A stretch of DNA of 64,000 bases from Nanobdellota archaeon (GTDB lineage: Archaea; Nanobdellota; Nanobdellia; Woesearchaeales; WJKV01): the NCBI GenBank assembly GCA_023133595.1, contig JAGLWF010000001.1:33693-97692 (forward strand), written 5' to 3'. Below the pieces are notes generated by a model, which saw only the letters and a list, made by a program, of their open reading frames with translations, had not been told where the DNA came from and did no database searches. The translations under genes and the position numbers were made by a program. Shown piece after piece: positions 9,270-19,361 of the stretch; positions within the stretch are counted from its first letter, which is position 1, and every line of letters begins with the position of its first letter.

Positions 9270-9890
9270 TTAACCTTCGCCTTCAGCTTTGGCTTTGGGT
9301 TTACCGTCGCCTTCTCCACCGCGTATGATAAAGAATATCACAATACCAAACACTAGTATTATCAGCAGCGCAGCCTGGTTGGCAGGTGTCTGCAGGAATC
9401 TTAATGCAGGTGGCAATTGCCTGAACAAGCCAGCTGAACTTCCAAAGATGTAGCCAACAACCACAACTGATACAAGCACTATGAGCCAGCTCCAACTTCC
9501 TAATTGATCTTTTATCGCATCTGGCATGAACAATCCTGTCAGAAGCATCAGCATAAGTATTGCAACAACCCATACAGAGATTGATGGCAATGAATTATTG
9601 AAGATCTCAACAACATCTGGCAGTCCCATGAATGCTCCGCCCAATCTTCCATCTGTCGGGTCAACTGTGCCAAATGCAACGTGCGGAATCACAATAAGCA
9701 ATCCAATAACCAAAGCAACTGTTACATCAAATCCTTTGTTTGGATTGGTATCAGCTTGTTTATGCAATATATTTGTCTTTCTCAATGCTGCATATATAAT
9801 CACAAAAACAAGCAGGAACGGAAGAACAACATCTGTAATACCCATCTGGTCCAGATTTCTTATAGCGTCAGCAAATACTCCTTGTGCCAT
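9270..9890 (-). CDS. Integral membrane protein, paralogous family member 3
   Basis: Start set at the ATG (MAQGV...) with AAGGAG 9 nt upstream. The ORF-track start is a TTG. About 55-60% identity by eye to the 8561-9187 copy. Confidence 0.65.
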   Translation of the reverse strand: MAQGVFADAIRNLDQMGITDVVLPFLLVFVIIYAALRKTNILHKQADTNPNKGFDVTVALVIGLLIVIPHVAFGTVDPTDGRLGGAFMGLPDVVEIFNNSLPSISVWVVAILMLMLLTGLFMPDAIKDQLGSWSWLIVLVSVVVVGYIFGSSAGLFRQLPPALRFLQTPANQAALLIILVFGIVIFFIIRGGEGDGKPKAKAEGEG

Positions 9891-9949
9891 CAATATCAAC
9901 TCCTTTTTGTTTTGAATCGTTTATGGATTTATAAATCTTCTTATTTTTT

Positions 9950-10354
9950 CTATTTAAATTTCTTATCAAACGCATAACAGCGCGAGTCTGACATCTTCAA
10001 GCCATAGCGCTTGAAATGCGGAAATTTCTGGCAGATATTCGGGCGATGTTTGTAGATTATGCATTTGGATTTTCCTTTCGAGATGTTCAGGAATATGCAG
10101 TAATTGTTTATCTTCTTCAATGTATTTTTCTTCTTCTTGACTTCTACAAAATATTTTCTCTTGTATTTGGTATTTTTCTCAATCCTCTTGATATCCTCAT
10201 CAGACAAACGGACCAACAACCTGCAGCAGTGCCCGCATCTCTTGCACTTGAACTTTTTGAAAGAATTGAAATAGGATTTTATCGATGCTCGATGAGAAGC
10301 TATGATAATCAAAGCAAATAATATCAGATATAACACATAATTAAGAGCATTCAT
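9950..10354 (-). CDS. YkgJ/UPF0153-like Zn- or Fe-S-binding protein (CxxCxxCC motif) with an N-terminal TM segment
   Basis: CKRCGHCC motif plus downstream Cys residues. The assignment is motif-level only. Confidence 0.4.
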   Translation of the reverse strand: MNALNYVLYLILFALIIIASHRASIKSYFNSFKKFKCKRCGHCCRLLVRLSDEDIKRIEKNTKYKRKYFVEVKKKKNTLKKINNYCIFLNISKGKSKCIIYKHRPNICQKFPHFKRYGLKMSDSRCYAFDKKFK

Positions 10355-10378
10355 TTAACATCAACTTGGGAATCTTGT

Positions 10379-10945
10379 CTAATCTTTATTTTGATCTGAT
10401 GGTTTGTCACCGCGAACAATTATACCGATGAATATTGCTATGCCTATCAGGAACAGGATTGTTGCGATCCAGTCTTCTGACCAGTGCGCTGAGAGAAACG
10501 TGAATAATTTCTGCAGCCATCCTAGTGCATGCAATATTATGAGCAAGATAACAATGAAAAGTCCTGGAAGAAATATATAGACGAACCATCTGTGTCCTGC
10601 TTCACCCTTTTTTGTAAACTTCAGTATTCCTCCTTCTCCAACAAACAAGCTGATTGTTATCAGGAAGAATGCGACAACAATAATCACAACCACAAAGTTT
10701 GCAATTGCTTCATTGATGATTGCAACAATCTGTGTTGCACCGACAAAGATTATTGCTACAACAAAAGCAACAATCGCGTTCAGACTTCGTCTTGGCTCTC
10801 CTCTGTATTCCTCGCCCAAGATCATAGTCTTGTCAAGGATTGCGTACAATAATGCAAACACAAGAAGAAACGGAAGTACTACATCATAGAATCCAAGTCT
10901 GCGCATGAATTCAACAACACCACCAAATACAGTCTGTTCTACCAT
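10379..10945 (-). CDS. Integral membrane protein, paralogous family member 4
   Basis: Start moved to an internal ATG (MVEQTVFGGVVEFMRRLGFYDVVLPFLL) by analogy with the paralog N-termini. GAAGAGG RBS and catataaaact TATA upstream. Confidence 0.55.
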   Translation of the reverse strand: MVEQTVFGGVVEFMRRLGFYDVVLPFLLVFALLYAILDKTMILGEEYRGEPRRSLNAIVAFVVAIIFVGATQIVAIINEAIANFVVVIIVVAFFLITISLFVGEGGILKFTKKGEAGHRWFVYIFLPGLFIVILLIILHALGWLQKLFTFLSAHWSEDWIATILFLIGIAIFIGIIVRGDKPSDQNKD

Positions 10946-11034
10946 CCTCTTCAGTTTTATATGCGTACTTTGGTTTATAAATGTTTTGGTTGCTAAAGCC
11001 AAGATTTATATACGAAACAGAGATAACATTGTCT

Positions 11035-11607
11035 ATGTTAAACAGAAAATATTTCCAGGAAATAAAAAAAGCAATGGAAAAGTACGATGAAAAAAGAGAA
11101 TCTTTGATCAAAAGAAGCAGGGATGTGATAAAATATTCAAAAGAGATAATCTACGCTGTTCACAGAAAAGATATGAAATCTGCTGAGCAGAGCATCAAGA
11201 AAATAAAAAAAGCTGTTTCTGAGGTCAGCAAAGAAGTGAAGAAAGATCCTAAGCTAGATATTGGAGCATACAAAGTTGCTGTGCAGGAATATGTTGAAGC
11301 TATCTGCTACTACGAATTTGTAAAGCGCAAAAAACTGCCAACACATAAAGAGCTTGGAGTCACGCCAGAATATTACCTTCAAGGGATATGCGACCTTACA
11401 GGAGAACTTGTGAGAAAAGCGATAAACAATGCTATCAAGGGAGACACAAAACCTGCATTTGAGATAAAAGATTTTGTCGAAGAATTATACAATGAACTGA
11501 TGTTGTTTGATTTCCGGGGAGGAGAGCTTAGGAAGAAATTTGATTCTATCAAATACGATCTTGGAAAATTAAGCCAGCTTGCATTTGATATAACTGTTAA
11601 AAAATGA
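11035..11607 (+). CDS. Translin-family protein (predicted nucleic-acid-binding)
   Basis: C-terminal ELRKKFDSIKYDLGKLSQLAFDI resembles the translin signature LKYD...E...YDL. Start moved to the ATG at 11035, about 22 nt after the gatttatatacg TATA (leaderless). Confidence 0.5.
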   Translation: MLNRKYFQEIKKAMEKYDEKRESLIKRSRDVIKYSKEIIYAVHRKDMKSAEQSIKKIKKAVSEVSKEVKKDPKLDIGAYKVAVQEYVEAICYYEFVKRKKLPTHKELGVTPEYYLQGICDLTGELVRKAINNAIKGDTKPAFEIKDFVEELYNELMLFDFRGGELRKKFDSIKYDLGKLSQLAFDITVKK

Positions 11608-11610
11608 TTC

Positions 11611-11853
11611 ATGATGGCAAGATTAGATCCTGAAAAGATAAGAAAGCAAGCTAAAAAGATTATGGATGAGTTTATTTCTGCATTAGACAAATGTCCAGAA
11701 GCCAAAAAATTAAGCTATGGCGCTCGTCGAGATAAAAACCAGAGGAAAGCTGGAAAGAGCAGGTACGAGAAGACAGATTTCCAAGAGAAAATTCTGGACA
11801 ATGCTCCGAAAGTCGACGACGACCAGATAGTTGCAGAGAAGAAGAAATGGTGA
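11611..11853 (+). CDS. gatC: Putative Asp/Glu-tRNA amidotransferase subunit C (GatC-like)
   Basis: 80 aa, immediately upstream of gatA and overlapping it by 7 nt. C-terminal ILDNAPKVDDDQIV resembles the GatC NAP motif. The N-terminal region is only weakly GatC-like. Confidence 0.45.
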   Translation: MMARLDPEKIRKQAKKIMDEFISALDKCPEAKKLSYGARRDKNQRKAGKSRYEKTDFQEKILDNAPKVDDDQIVAEKKKW

Positions 11854-13220
11854 ACATAAAACAAAAACAGGAGATGATAAAAAAAGGAGAGTTGAAAGCA
11901 GAGGACAATATATCTCAATTTCTGGCGACAATAAAAAAGAAAGATAAGTCCATCAAAGCTTTTTTGTATGTTAACAAAAACGCGATCAGCGACGCAAAAG
12001 CAATAGACAAAAAAATAAAGCAGGAAAAGAAAGTTGGAAAATTAGCTGGCCTTGCTATTGCAGTGAAAGCAAACATCAGTGTCAAGGGAATGCCGAGCAA
12101 CTGCGCATCCAAAACTTTAGAAAAATACAAGAGTGCATTTGATGCAGATGTTATTGAGAAGATAAAAGCAGAAGACGGAATCATAATCGGAATCACGAAC
12201 TGTGACGAGTTCGGCTGCGGCGCGTCTGGAGAGAACAGTGCGTTCGGAGCGACTGGAAATCCTGCAGCGCCAGGAAAGATCCCAGGCGGAAGCAGTTCTG
12301 GAAGTGCAGCAGCTGTTGCTGGTGATATGTGTGATATTGCTCTAGGTTCTGATACCGGCGGAAGTGTAAGGAATCCAGCTTCCCATTGTGGCATTGTCGG
12401 ATTAAAGCCAAGCTATGGGCGGGTTTCCCGCTACGGTCTTATCGATCTTGCAATGAGCCTTGACCAGATAGGGCCATTATGCAAAGATGTCTATGGTACA
12501 GCCTTGATGATAGAAGTCATTTCTGGAAAATCAGAATATGATCCTATTACATTTGACAGACCGATCCTGAAGTATACTAAATTCAAGACTCCCAAAGATA
12601 TTAAGATAGGAATCTCAAAAGTTTTCAAGGAATTATGCAAGGATAAACGAATTGCAGAACTTATCGATAAGACAATAAAAAAGATTGCAGATAATCTGAA
12701 TGTAAAACCAAAACAGATCAGGCTAAAATACATAGATCTGGCAATACAGACTTATTATCCATTAGTTTATGTTGAATTTTTTTCTGCAACAAGAAAGTTT
12801 GATGGACGAAGATATGGAAAAAAGATAGAAGACAGTTGTGGAGAAGAAGTCCTTAGAAGGATACTAGGCGGAGAGACAATAGGTGCAGCAGAATATGAAG
12901 GAAGATACTATCGTAAATCTTTAGAAGTCAGAGAGTTGATCAAAAATGATTTTAGAGAAGCGTTTGAAAGTGTTGACATTATCTTGTGTCCGACAGTACC
13001 ATCGCTGCCGCACAGTCTTGGAACTAAACTAAAGGATCCAAAAGTAATGTATGCTTACGACGCGTTCACTGTCCCTGCGAATCTTGCAGGCATCTGCGCA
13101 GGCGTGATCAAAGCTGGAGAGATCGAGGGGATTCCAGTTGGACTGCAGGTCATGGCTGACGTTTTCAGGGAAGATCTTGTTTTGAGTATCATGAAGTTAT
13201 GGGAAGATATGGGGGGATAA
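11847..13220 (+). CDS. gatA: Glu/Asp-tRNA amidotransferase subunit A (amidase family)
   Basis: Amidase signature GGSSSGSAAAVAGDMCDIALGSDTGGSVR. Confidence 0.9.
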   Translation: MVNIKQKQEMIKKGELKAEDNISQFLATIKKKDKSIKAFLYVNKNAISDAKAIDKKIKQEKKVGKLAGLAIAVKANISVKGMPSNCASKTLEKYKSAFDADVIEKIKAEDGIIIGITNCDEFGCGASGENSAFGATGNPAAPGKIPGGSSSGSAAAVAGDMCDIALGSDTGGSVRNPASHCGIVGLKPSYGRVSRYGLIDLAMSLDQIGPLCKDVYGTALMIEVISGKSEYDPITFDRPILKYTKFKTPKDIKIGISKVFKELCKDKRIAELIDKTIKKIADNLNVKPKQIRLKYIDLAIQTYYPLVYVEFFSATRKFDGRRYGKKIEDSCGEEVLRRILGGETIGAAEYEGRYYRKSLEVRELIKNDFREAFESVDIILCPTVPSLPHSLGTKLKDPKVMYAYDAFTVPANLAGICAGVIKAGEIEGIPVGLQVMADVFREDLVLSIMKLWEDMGG

Positions 13221-13222
13221 AT

Positions 13223-14176
13223 ATGGCACATCCAGCTATCGAGAATGTAATTAGGAATTGTATGAAAGTAAAGAAAGGAGAATCTGTTTTAATTCTTGCT
13301 GACACTGAAAGCAGTGATATTGGAATGTTCTTTTTCCAGAACGCAATGCCATTAGCAGGAGAGATTGGTTTCAAACTAGATTATCTAGAGATGCAGCCGA
13401 CAACACACGACGGTGCAGAACCCAAAAAAGAAATCGCTGAACAACTTGACATGTTCCATGTAATTATCATTGTTACAACACACTCCTTAACACATACAAA
13501 CGCTAGGATTAACGCATCAAAGAAAGGTGCACGCATCGCATCAATGCCAGGTGTGACTATGGAAATAATCGAGCGTACAGTCTCAATGGATTATAACAAG
13601 ATTGCAGAATTATCTAAAAAGATCGCAGATACCTACCGCGGAAAAGACAAGATACATATCCGCACAGAAAAAGGAACTGACCTTACTTTCTCAATAAAGG
13701 GGCGCGATCCTGAAGAGGATAATGGGATTTATGATTTTCAGGGAGCCATAGGGAATCTTCCAGCAGGAGAAGTCTGCTTTGCACCAATAGAAGACAGTGC
13801 TAACGGAATTTTAGTTGTTGATGGTTCAATGGAACCAATAGGAAAGATTGAAACCGAATTAAGATTGGAATTCAAGGATGGAAAAGCTGTATCAATTGAA
13901 GGAGAAGGTGCAGATGAAATAAAAAAATATCTGCATACAGATAATGATCGTACAATTGCTGAATTTGGTATTGGAACAAATGCAAAAGCAATAATCACTG
14001 GAAACATTCTTGAGGATGAAAAGGTCTTAGGCACAATACATATTGCAATTGGCACAAATACTAGCTTTCCTGGTGGAAAAAATAAAGCATGCATTCATTT
14101 TGACGGCATAGTGCTGAAGCCGACAGTATTGGCAGACGGATTATGCACTATAAAAGACGGAGAGCTTAATTTCTAG
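13223..14176 (+). CDS. M29 (AmpS/PepS)-like aminopeptidase
   Basis: 318 aa with overall similarity to thermophilic aminopeptidase T-type proteins. Start moved to the ATG after GGGGGGAT. Family-level call only. Confidence 0.45.
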   Translation: MAHPAIENVIRNCMKVKKGESVLILADTESSDIGMFFFQNAMPLAGEIGFKLDYLEMQPTTHDGAEPKKEIAEQLDMFHVIIIVTTHSLTHTNARINASKKGARIASMPGVTMEIIERTVSMDYNKIAELSKKIADTYRGKDKIHIRTEKGTDLTFSIKGRDPEEDNGIYDFQGAIGNLPAGEVCFAPIEDSANGILVVDGSMEPIGKIETELRLEFKDGKAVSIEGEGADEIKKYLHTDNDRTIAEFGIGTNAKAIITGNILEDEKVLGTIHIAIGTNTSFPGGKNKACIHFDGIVLKPTVLADGLCTIKDGELNF

Positions 14177-14217
14177 AACCGAAGAGTTTATTAATGGTCT
14201 CTGATTTTTTATTCACA

Positions 14218-15984
14218 ATGAAAAGGACACACACATGCGGGGAACTCGTGAAAAAAGATGTCAAGAAAAAGGTAGTTCTACAAGGATGGGTCCATAAGAG
14301 AAGGGACCATGGAGGAATCATCTTCATAGATTTAAGAGACCGATACGGATTGACACAAATTGTATTCGACCCAAAGCACGAGAAAAAGACCCACGAACTC
14401 GCAGATACATTGAGAAGAGAGGATGTCATTGAGGTGGAAGGCAAGGTCAGGCCTAGACCAAAGACCATGATCAATAAGAAACTTCATACTGGAGAGATAG
14501 AAGTTATAATCAACCGTCTGGATATTCTGAACAAGGCAGCAACACCGCCGATAGAAGTTGACGATTACAAAGTTGCGAATGATGATCTAAGATTAAGGTA
14601 TAGATACCTGGATCTAAGAAGGCCGATGATGCAGAAATTTTTCATTGCAAGGCATAAGGCAACAATGGCTGCAAGAAATTATCTTGCATCACAAAATTTT
14701 TTAGAAATAGAAACACCGTTCTTTGTAAAGAGCACACCAGAAGGTGCGCGCGATTATATTGTCCCTTCCAGAGTCAATCCAGGACAATTCTATTCACTGC
14801 CGCAATCACCGCAGTTATACAAACAATTGCTCATGGTTGCTGGATTTGATAGATATTTTCAGGTAGTCAGATGCATGCGGGACGAAGACCTGCGTATTGA
14901 CCGGCAGCCAGAGTTCACGCAGATTGATATTGAGATGACATTTGCAGAGCAGGATGATGTTCTTGCTGCGATTGAAGGAACAGTGAAAGCAATATTCAAG
15001 GAAGCAATTGGAAAAAATATCAAGATACCTTTCAAGAGAATGCCGTACAAAGAATCAATGGACAAATACGGCACTGATAAACCCGACTTGCGATTCGGGC
15101 TCGAGCTTACAGAGATAACAGAAGAAGCAAAAGAAAGTGATTATGGAATTTTTAAAGGTGCAATAAAAAACAAAGGCATTGTCAAGTGTATACGTGTTCC
15201 TGTTGAACTATCCAGAAAACAGATAGATGATCTGACTAAATTTGCACAGAAATTCGGTGCAAAAGGTCTTTCATGGATGAGGATCACAAAAAAAGGACCA
15301 GAAAGTTCCATTGTAAAGTATTTTGGAAAGAAAGTTCTTGACAAGATACTGAAGAAAGCAAAAGCTAAACCAGGAACTTCATTATTGTTTATCGCAGACA
15401 AGCCCAGCATTGCAAATGATGTCCTAGCAAGGATCAGGCTTAAGTTTGGTGAAGACCTGAAATTATACAATCCAAAAGACCATAATTTTGCATGGATTGT
15501 TGATTATCCTTTATTCGAATGGAATGATGAAGAGAAGAAATGGGATCCTATGCATCACATCTTTAGCATGCCAAAAAAAGAATGCCTAAAGTATATGGAT
15601 ACTGATCCAGGAAAAGTATTGGCATCATTGTACGATCTAGTATTGAACGGGGTTGAGCTAGGATCTGGAAGCATAAGAAATCATGATCCTACACTGCAGG
15701 AAAAATCTTTCAAGATCATTGGTCTGAAAAAAGCAGAGGCAGAACAGAAGTTCGGCTTCCTACTGGAAGCTTTCAAGTACGGGGCACCGCCGCACGCAGG
15801 CTTTGCAATAGGCTACGATAGATTAGTCGCATTGATGCTTGGATTCCTGGATATCCGGGATGTCATTGCATTCCCAAAAAACAAAGCTGCGCAGTGTCCA
15901 ATGGATGGATGTCCAGGTCCTGTCGAAGACCAGCATCTCAAAGACCTGAATATCAAGCTTGACATGCCAAAGAAGAAAAAATAA
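14218..15984 (+). CDS. aspS: Aspartyl-tRNA synthetase, bacterial type (GAD insertion domain present)
   Basis: Class IIb motifs (FRDEDLRIDRQPEFTQID; GSGSIRNHD; GFAIGYDR). ~590 aa, as expected for the bacterial-type enzyme. Confidence 0.9.
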   Translation: MKRTHTCGELVKKDVKKKVVLQGWVHKRRDHGGIIFIDLRDRYGLTQIVFDPKHEKKTHELADTLRREDVIEVEGKVRPRPKTMINKKLHTGEIEVIINRLDILNKAATPPIEVDDYKVANDDLRLRYRYLDLRRPMMQKFFIARHKATMAARNYLASQNFLEIETPFFVKSTPEGARDYIVPSRVNPGQFYSLPQSPQLYKQLLMVAGFDRYFQVVRCMRDEDLRIDRQPEFTQIDIEMTFAEQDDVLAAIEGTVKAIFKEAIGKNIKIPFKRMPYKESMDKYGTDKPDLRFGLELTEITEEAKESDYGIFKGAIKNKGIVKCIRVPVELSRKQIDDLTKFAQKFGAKGLSWMRITKKGPESSIVKYFGKKVLDKILKKAKAKPGTSLLFIADKPSIANDVLARIRLKFGEDLKLYNPKDHNFAWIVDYPLFEWNDEEKKWDPMHHIFSMPKKECLKYMDTDPGKVLASLYDLVLNGVELGSGSIRNHDPTLQEKSFKIIGLKKAEAEQKFGFLLEAFKYGAPPHAGFAIGYDRLVALMLGFLDIRDVIAFPKNKAAQCPMDGCPGPVEDQHLKDLNIKLDMPKKKK

Positions 15985-16026
15985 TCCAGAGTAAGTTTTA
16001 TAAAGAAGAATCCGATCTGATAATGC

Positions 16027-17331
16027 ATGGCAGATAAAGAATTCATTTCTATCCAAGAAGCAATAGACAAAGGCGAAGGCAAAGTCGCTATTCGGGGATG
16101 GATATATCGTGAAAGAGGAAGTTCTAAGATCAAGTTTATTGTCATGCGTGACGAGACAAACATAATCCAATGTGTAATTGAGAAATCAAAAGTTGGAGAT
16201 GAAAAGTTCGATGTCGCAGACAAGCTACAGATAGAAGCTTCTATGAAGATCCATGGAACGATAAAAGAAGATAAGCGGGCTCCAACAGGATACGAGATAA
16301 ATGTTGATGATTTTGAAGTTGTAGGTCCTTGCGATACTTTTCCAATCTCAAAGGATCAGAGCCCGGAATTTCTGCTTGATAATAGACATCTCTGGATCAG
16401 AAGCAGGAAGATGGTTGCGACCATGAAAATAAGATCAACAATCATAGGAGCAATACATAAATTCTTCAGAGAAAAAGGATATATTGAATTTGATCCGCCA
16501 ATATTCCAGCCAACGCAGAGCGAAGGAGGATCAACAGTATTCAAAGTCGATTATTTTGGCGATACTACGTATCTTGCCCAGACCTGGCAATTTTATGCAG
16601 AAGCTGCGATCTTTGCACTGGGAAAAATCTACGATGTTTCTCCGACTTTCAGGGCTGAACGCTCAAAGACTTCAAGACATCTTACTGAATTCTGGATGGC
16701 TGAGATGGAAGCTGCATGGATGAACCTGCACAGTGTCACTGAAATTGCAAAAGAAGAGATCAGATTCATAATCAAAGAAGTTCTAAAGCATCATCAGAAA
16801 GAGCTTGAGTTACTGAAACGAGACACTAAGATACTTGAACATTATGCTGAAGCAGAATATCCAACAATAACATACAAAGAAGCATTAAAGATATTGAAAG
16901 AGAAATATAACATGGATGTCCAGTGGGGGAAAGATCTGAGGACAATAGAAGAAGAAAAGCTTGCAGATCATTTCAAGGTCCCTGTTGTTGTCACACACTA
17001 TCCTGTCGAGACAATGGCATTCTACAAACCAGAAGATCCAAAAGAGCCAGGGACAGCACTATGTTTTGACATGATCGCTCCAGAAGGATACTGCGAGATT
17101 GTCGGCGGATCACAGAGGAGCACAGATGTAGAAGATATGATCAAAAGATTGAAAGCAATGGGAGAGGATCCTAAGAATTATGAATGGTATTTTGATTTAA
17201 GGAAATATGGCAGTGTACCTCATTCAGGCTATGGTGTTGGCGTCGAACGTGTAATTGCCTGGATATGCGGATTAGAAAATATTAAAGATGCAATCGGCTT
17301 TCCGAGGACAATGCTGCGGAAAACTCCGTAA
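16027..17331 (+). CDS. asnS: Asparaginyl-tRNA synthetase
   Basis: 434-aa class IIb enzyme. RAERSKTSRHLTEFWMAEMEAAW matches the AsnRS-type HLAEFWMxEPE motif. TATA lies about 25 nt upstream of the ATG. Confidence 0.75.
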   Translation: MADKEFISIQEAIDKGEGKVAIRGWIYRERGSSKIKFIVMRDETNIIQCVIEKSKVGDEKFDVADKLQIEASMKIHGTIKEDKRAPTGYEINVDDFEVVGPCDTFPISKDQSPEFLLDNRHLWIRSRKMVATMKIRSTIIGAIHKFFREKGYIEFDPPIFQPTQSEGGSTVFKVDYFGDTTYLAQTWQFYAEAAIFALGKIYDVSPTFRAERSKTSRHLTEFWMAEMEAAWMNLHSVTEIAKEEIRFIIKEVLKHHQKELELLKRDTKILEHYAEAEYPTITYKEALKILKEKYNMDVQWGKDLRTIEEEKLADHFKVPVVVTHYPVETMAFYKPEDPKEPGTALCFDMIAPEGYCEIVGGSQRSTDVEDMIKRLKAMGEDPKNYEWYFDLRKYGSVPHSGYGVGVERVIAWICGLENIKDAIGFPRTMLRKTP

Positions 17332-17333
17332 AG

Positions 17334-17969
17334 ATGGCAAAGAAGAAAGCAAAAAAAAGAGGAAAGAAAAGAAAAGTTTCTGATATTGATTATCCTCTAG
17401 AGTTCAGAAGAGCAGTATTCCATCTCTGCGCAGGGCTCCTAGTCATTATTCTTACTCTCTTGCTCACAAAAGATTTTGTCATTCCGCTTCTAGGAACAAT
17501 CATTGTGATTGGTATTCTTCTGAGCCTGTTATGCAGAAGATACAAGCTTCCTGTCATTGAAACATTCCTTACATACTTTGAGCGGAAAGAGCATCGGAAA
17601 GTACATCCTGGAAGAGGGCCGTTGTTATTACTTGTCGGATGTTTTATCGCACTATTCATTTTCGAGTATAATACTGCGCTTGCCGCGATCATGATATTAG
17701 CGATCGGTGATTCATTCACAAACATATTCGGACCTTTCGGTAAGATGAAGACCAAACTGCACAGAAAAAAATTCTTGGAAGGGACAATCGCAGGAATTAT
17801 CGGAGCCACACTTGGTGCAATGCTTTTTGTTCCATTCGGGATTGCTTTTGTAGCGACATTAGTTGCTATGTTTGCAGAGCTTGTCGATCTGGAAAAATAT
17901 TATCTTGATGACAATATACTTATTCCAGTGGTTGCAGGACTCATAATGACTCTGCTTCTTGCTATTTAG
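17334..17969 (+). CDS. CTP-transferase-family membrane protein (CarS/CDP-archaeol synthase- or dolichol-kinase-like) with a Lys-rich N-terminus
   Basis: GDSFTNIFGPFGKMKTKLHRKKFLEGTIAGIIG fits the GD...G...KK..EG...G pattern of CdsA/dolichol-kinase/CarS proteins. About 5 TM helices. N-terminus MAKKKAKKRGKKRK. Confidence 0.45.
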   Translation: MAKKKAKKRGKKRKVSDIDYPLEFRRAVFHLCAGLLVIILTLLLTKDFVIPLLGTIIVIGILLSLLCRRYKLPVIETFLTYFERKEHRKVHPGRGPLLLLVGCFIALFIFEYNTALAAIMILAIGDSFTNIFGPFGKMKTKLHRKKFLEGTIAGIIGATLGAMLFVPFGIAFVATLVAMFAELVDLEKYYLDDNILIPVVAGLIMTLLLAI

Positions 17970-17974
17970 AGAAA

Positions 17975-19360
17975 GCATAGAAAATAAACTTGTGGCCTTC
18001 AACTTGTCGAGGGATTTCAAACTTTAGGCGAGCTAATATGATTTTGTGAATATTTTAATTTGTTTGTAATACTTATATCCCACTGGCCACTAGACATGTG
18101 CGCATAAGATATAAAAGGGAGTTTGTCCTTAACAATTGTATGATAGTTAACCGAATGTATAAATATCGTCTTTATCCAAATAAAGAACAAGTTAAACTTC
18201 TTACATCCCAACTGAAATCATTATGTAATATTTACAATCATTTATTGAAGATCAAGATCAATGTTTATAAAGAAAATAAGAGATCTCTTTCACGTAAAGA
18301 TCTCAATGCTTTAGTCAAAGCTTGGGATAAACACATTCATTCTCAAGTTCGTCAAAATGTTGCTGATCGAGTTGATAAAGCTTTTAATAATTTCTTCAAT
18401 CGTATTAAACTTAAAAAAAGCTATGCTAAAGTAAAAGTAGGTTTTCCGAGATTTAAAGCAGATCATAGATACAACAGTTTGACTTATCCTCAAAGTGGTT
18501 TTAATCTCTTAAATAATCGGATATTGCATTTATCTAAAATAGGGGATATTATTATTAAATTTCACCGTCCTATTGAAGGTAAAATCAAGACATTGAGTAT
18601 TAAACGCTCTCCAACTGGTAAATGGTATGTTTGTTTTAGCTGTGAAGTTCCTGTCACTAAAAAGCGTCACAAATTTTTAGATAAACAAGTTGGTATTGAT
18701 GTTGGTTTGGAGAATTTTGCTACATTGAGTACTGGTAATGTTATTACAAATCCTAGATATCTTATTAAAAGTGAGAACAAGCTTTCTAAATCTCAAAGAT
18801 GCTTAAGTAGAAAATTTAAAGGAAGTAAAAATCGAACCAAAGCTCGATTAAAGGTAGCGAAATTGCATGAGAAAATCACAAATCAAAGAATGGATTTTTT
18901 ACATAAACAAAGCCATTATCTCTCAAATACTTATAATTATATAGTTGTCGAATCTCTTAATATTAAAAATATGATGAAAAATCGTTATCTTGCAAAACAC
19001 ATTGCTGATGCTTCTTGGAATACCTTCATACAATTATTGTCTTACAAGGCTGCAAGTGCTGGAGGGCAACTCATTTGTGTGGATCCAAAATATACTTCAA
19101 TTAAGTGTAGTTGTTGTGGCAAAAATGTGCCAAAGAAACTTTCAGTTCGAGAACATAATTGCCCTTTTTGTGATTTGAAACTTCATCGCGATCATAATGC
19201 AGCAATTAACATTTTACACTCAAATAAAATACCGTTGGGACGGCGGGAATCTACGCCTGTGGAGATTTTCGATAGAAAATCGCTGAAACAGGACGCTCCG
19301 CAGCTTTAAGAAGGAGTAGTTCACAGAAACCCTTATAAAATCTAAATTATTTTGAACTCC
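17975..19360 (+). mobile_element. IS200/IS605-family TnpB-only (IS1341-type) insertion sequence; ends approximate
   Basis: A single tnpB with no tnpA, inserted between two housekeeping genes (17969 and 19362). About 185 nt of non-coding left end. Only about 50 nt remain to the right of the tnpB stop. Confidence 0.5.
18155..19309 (+). CDS. tnpB: TnpB (OrfB) RNA-guided endonuclease of the IS200/IS605 family
   Basis: N-terminal MYKYRLYPNKEQ. RuvC-I GIDVGLENFA, RuvC-II IVVESLNIKNM, a CxxC...CxxC zinc finger (KCSCCG...CPFCD), and RuvC-III HRDHNAAINI are all intact. Confidence 0.85.
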   Translation: MYKYRLYPNKEQVKLLTSQLKSLCNIYNHLLKIKINVYKENKRSLSRKDLNALVKAWDKHIHSQVRQNVADRVDKAFNNFFNRIKLKKSYAKVKVGFPRFKADHRYNSLTYPQSGFNLLNNRILHLSKIGDIIIKFHRPIEGKIKTLSIKRSPTGKWYVCFSCEVPVTKKRHKFLDKQVGIDVGLENFATLSTGNVITNPRYLIKSENKLSKSQRCLSRKFKGSKNRTKARLKVAKLHEKITNQRMDFLHKQSHYLSNTYNYIVVESLNIKNMMKNRYLAKHIADASWNTFIQLLSYKAASAGGQLICVDPKYTSIKCSCCGKNVPKKLSVREHNCPFCDLKLHRDHNAAINILHSNKIPLGRRESTPVEIFDRKSLKQDAPQL

Positions 19361-19361
19361 T

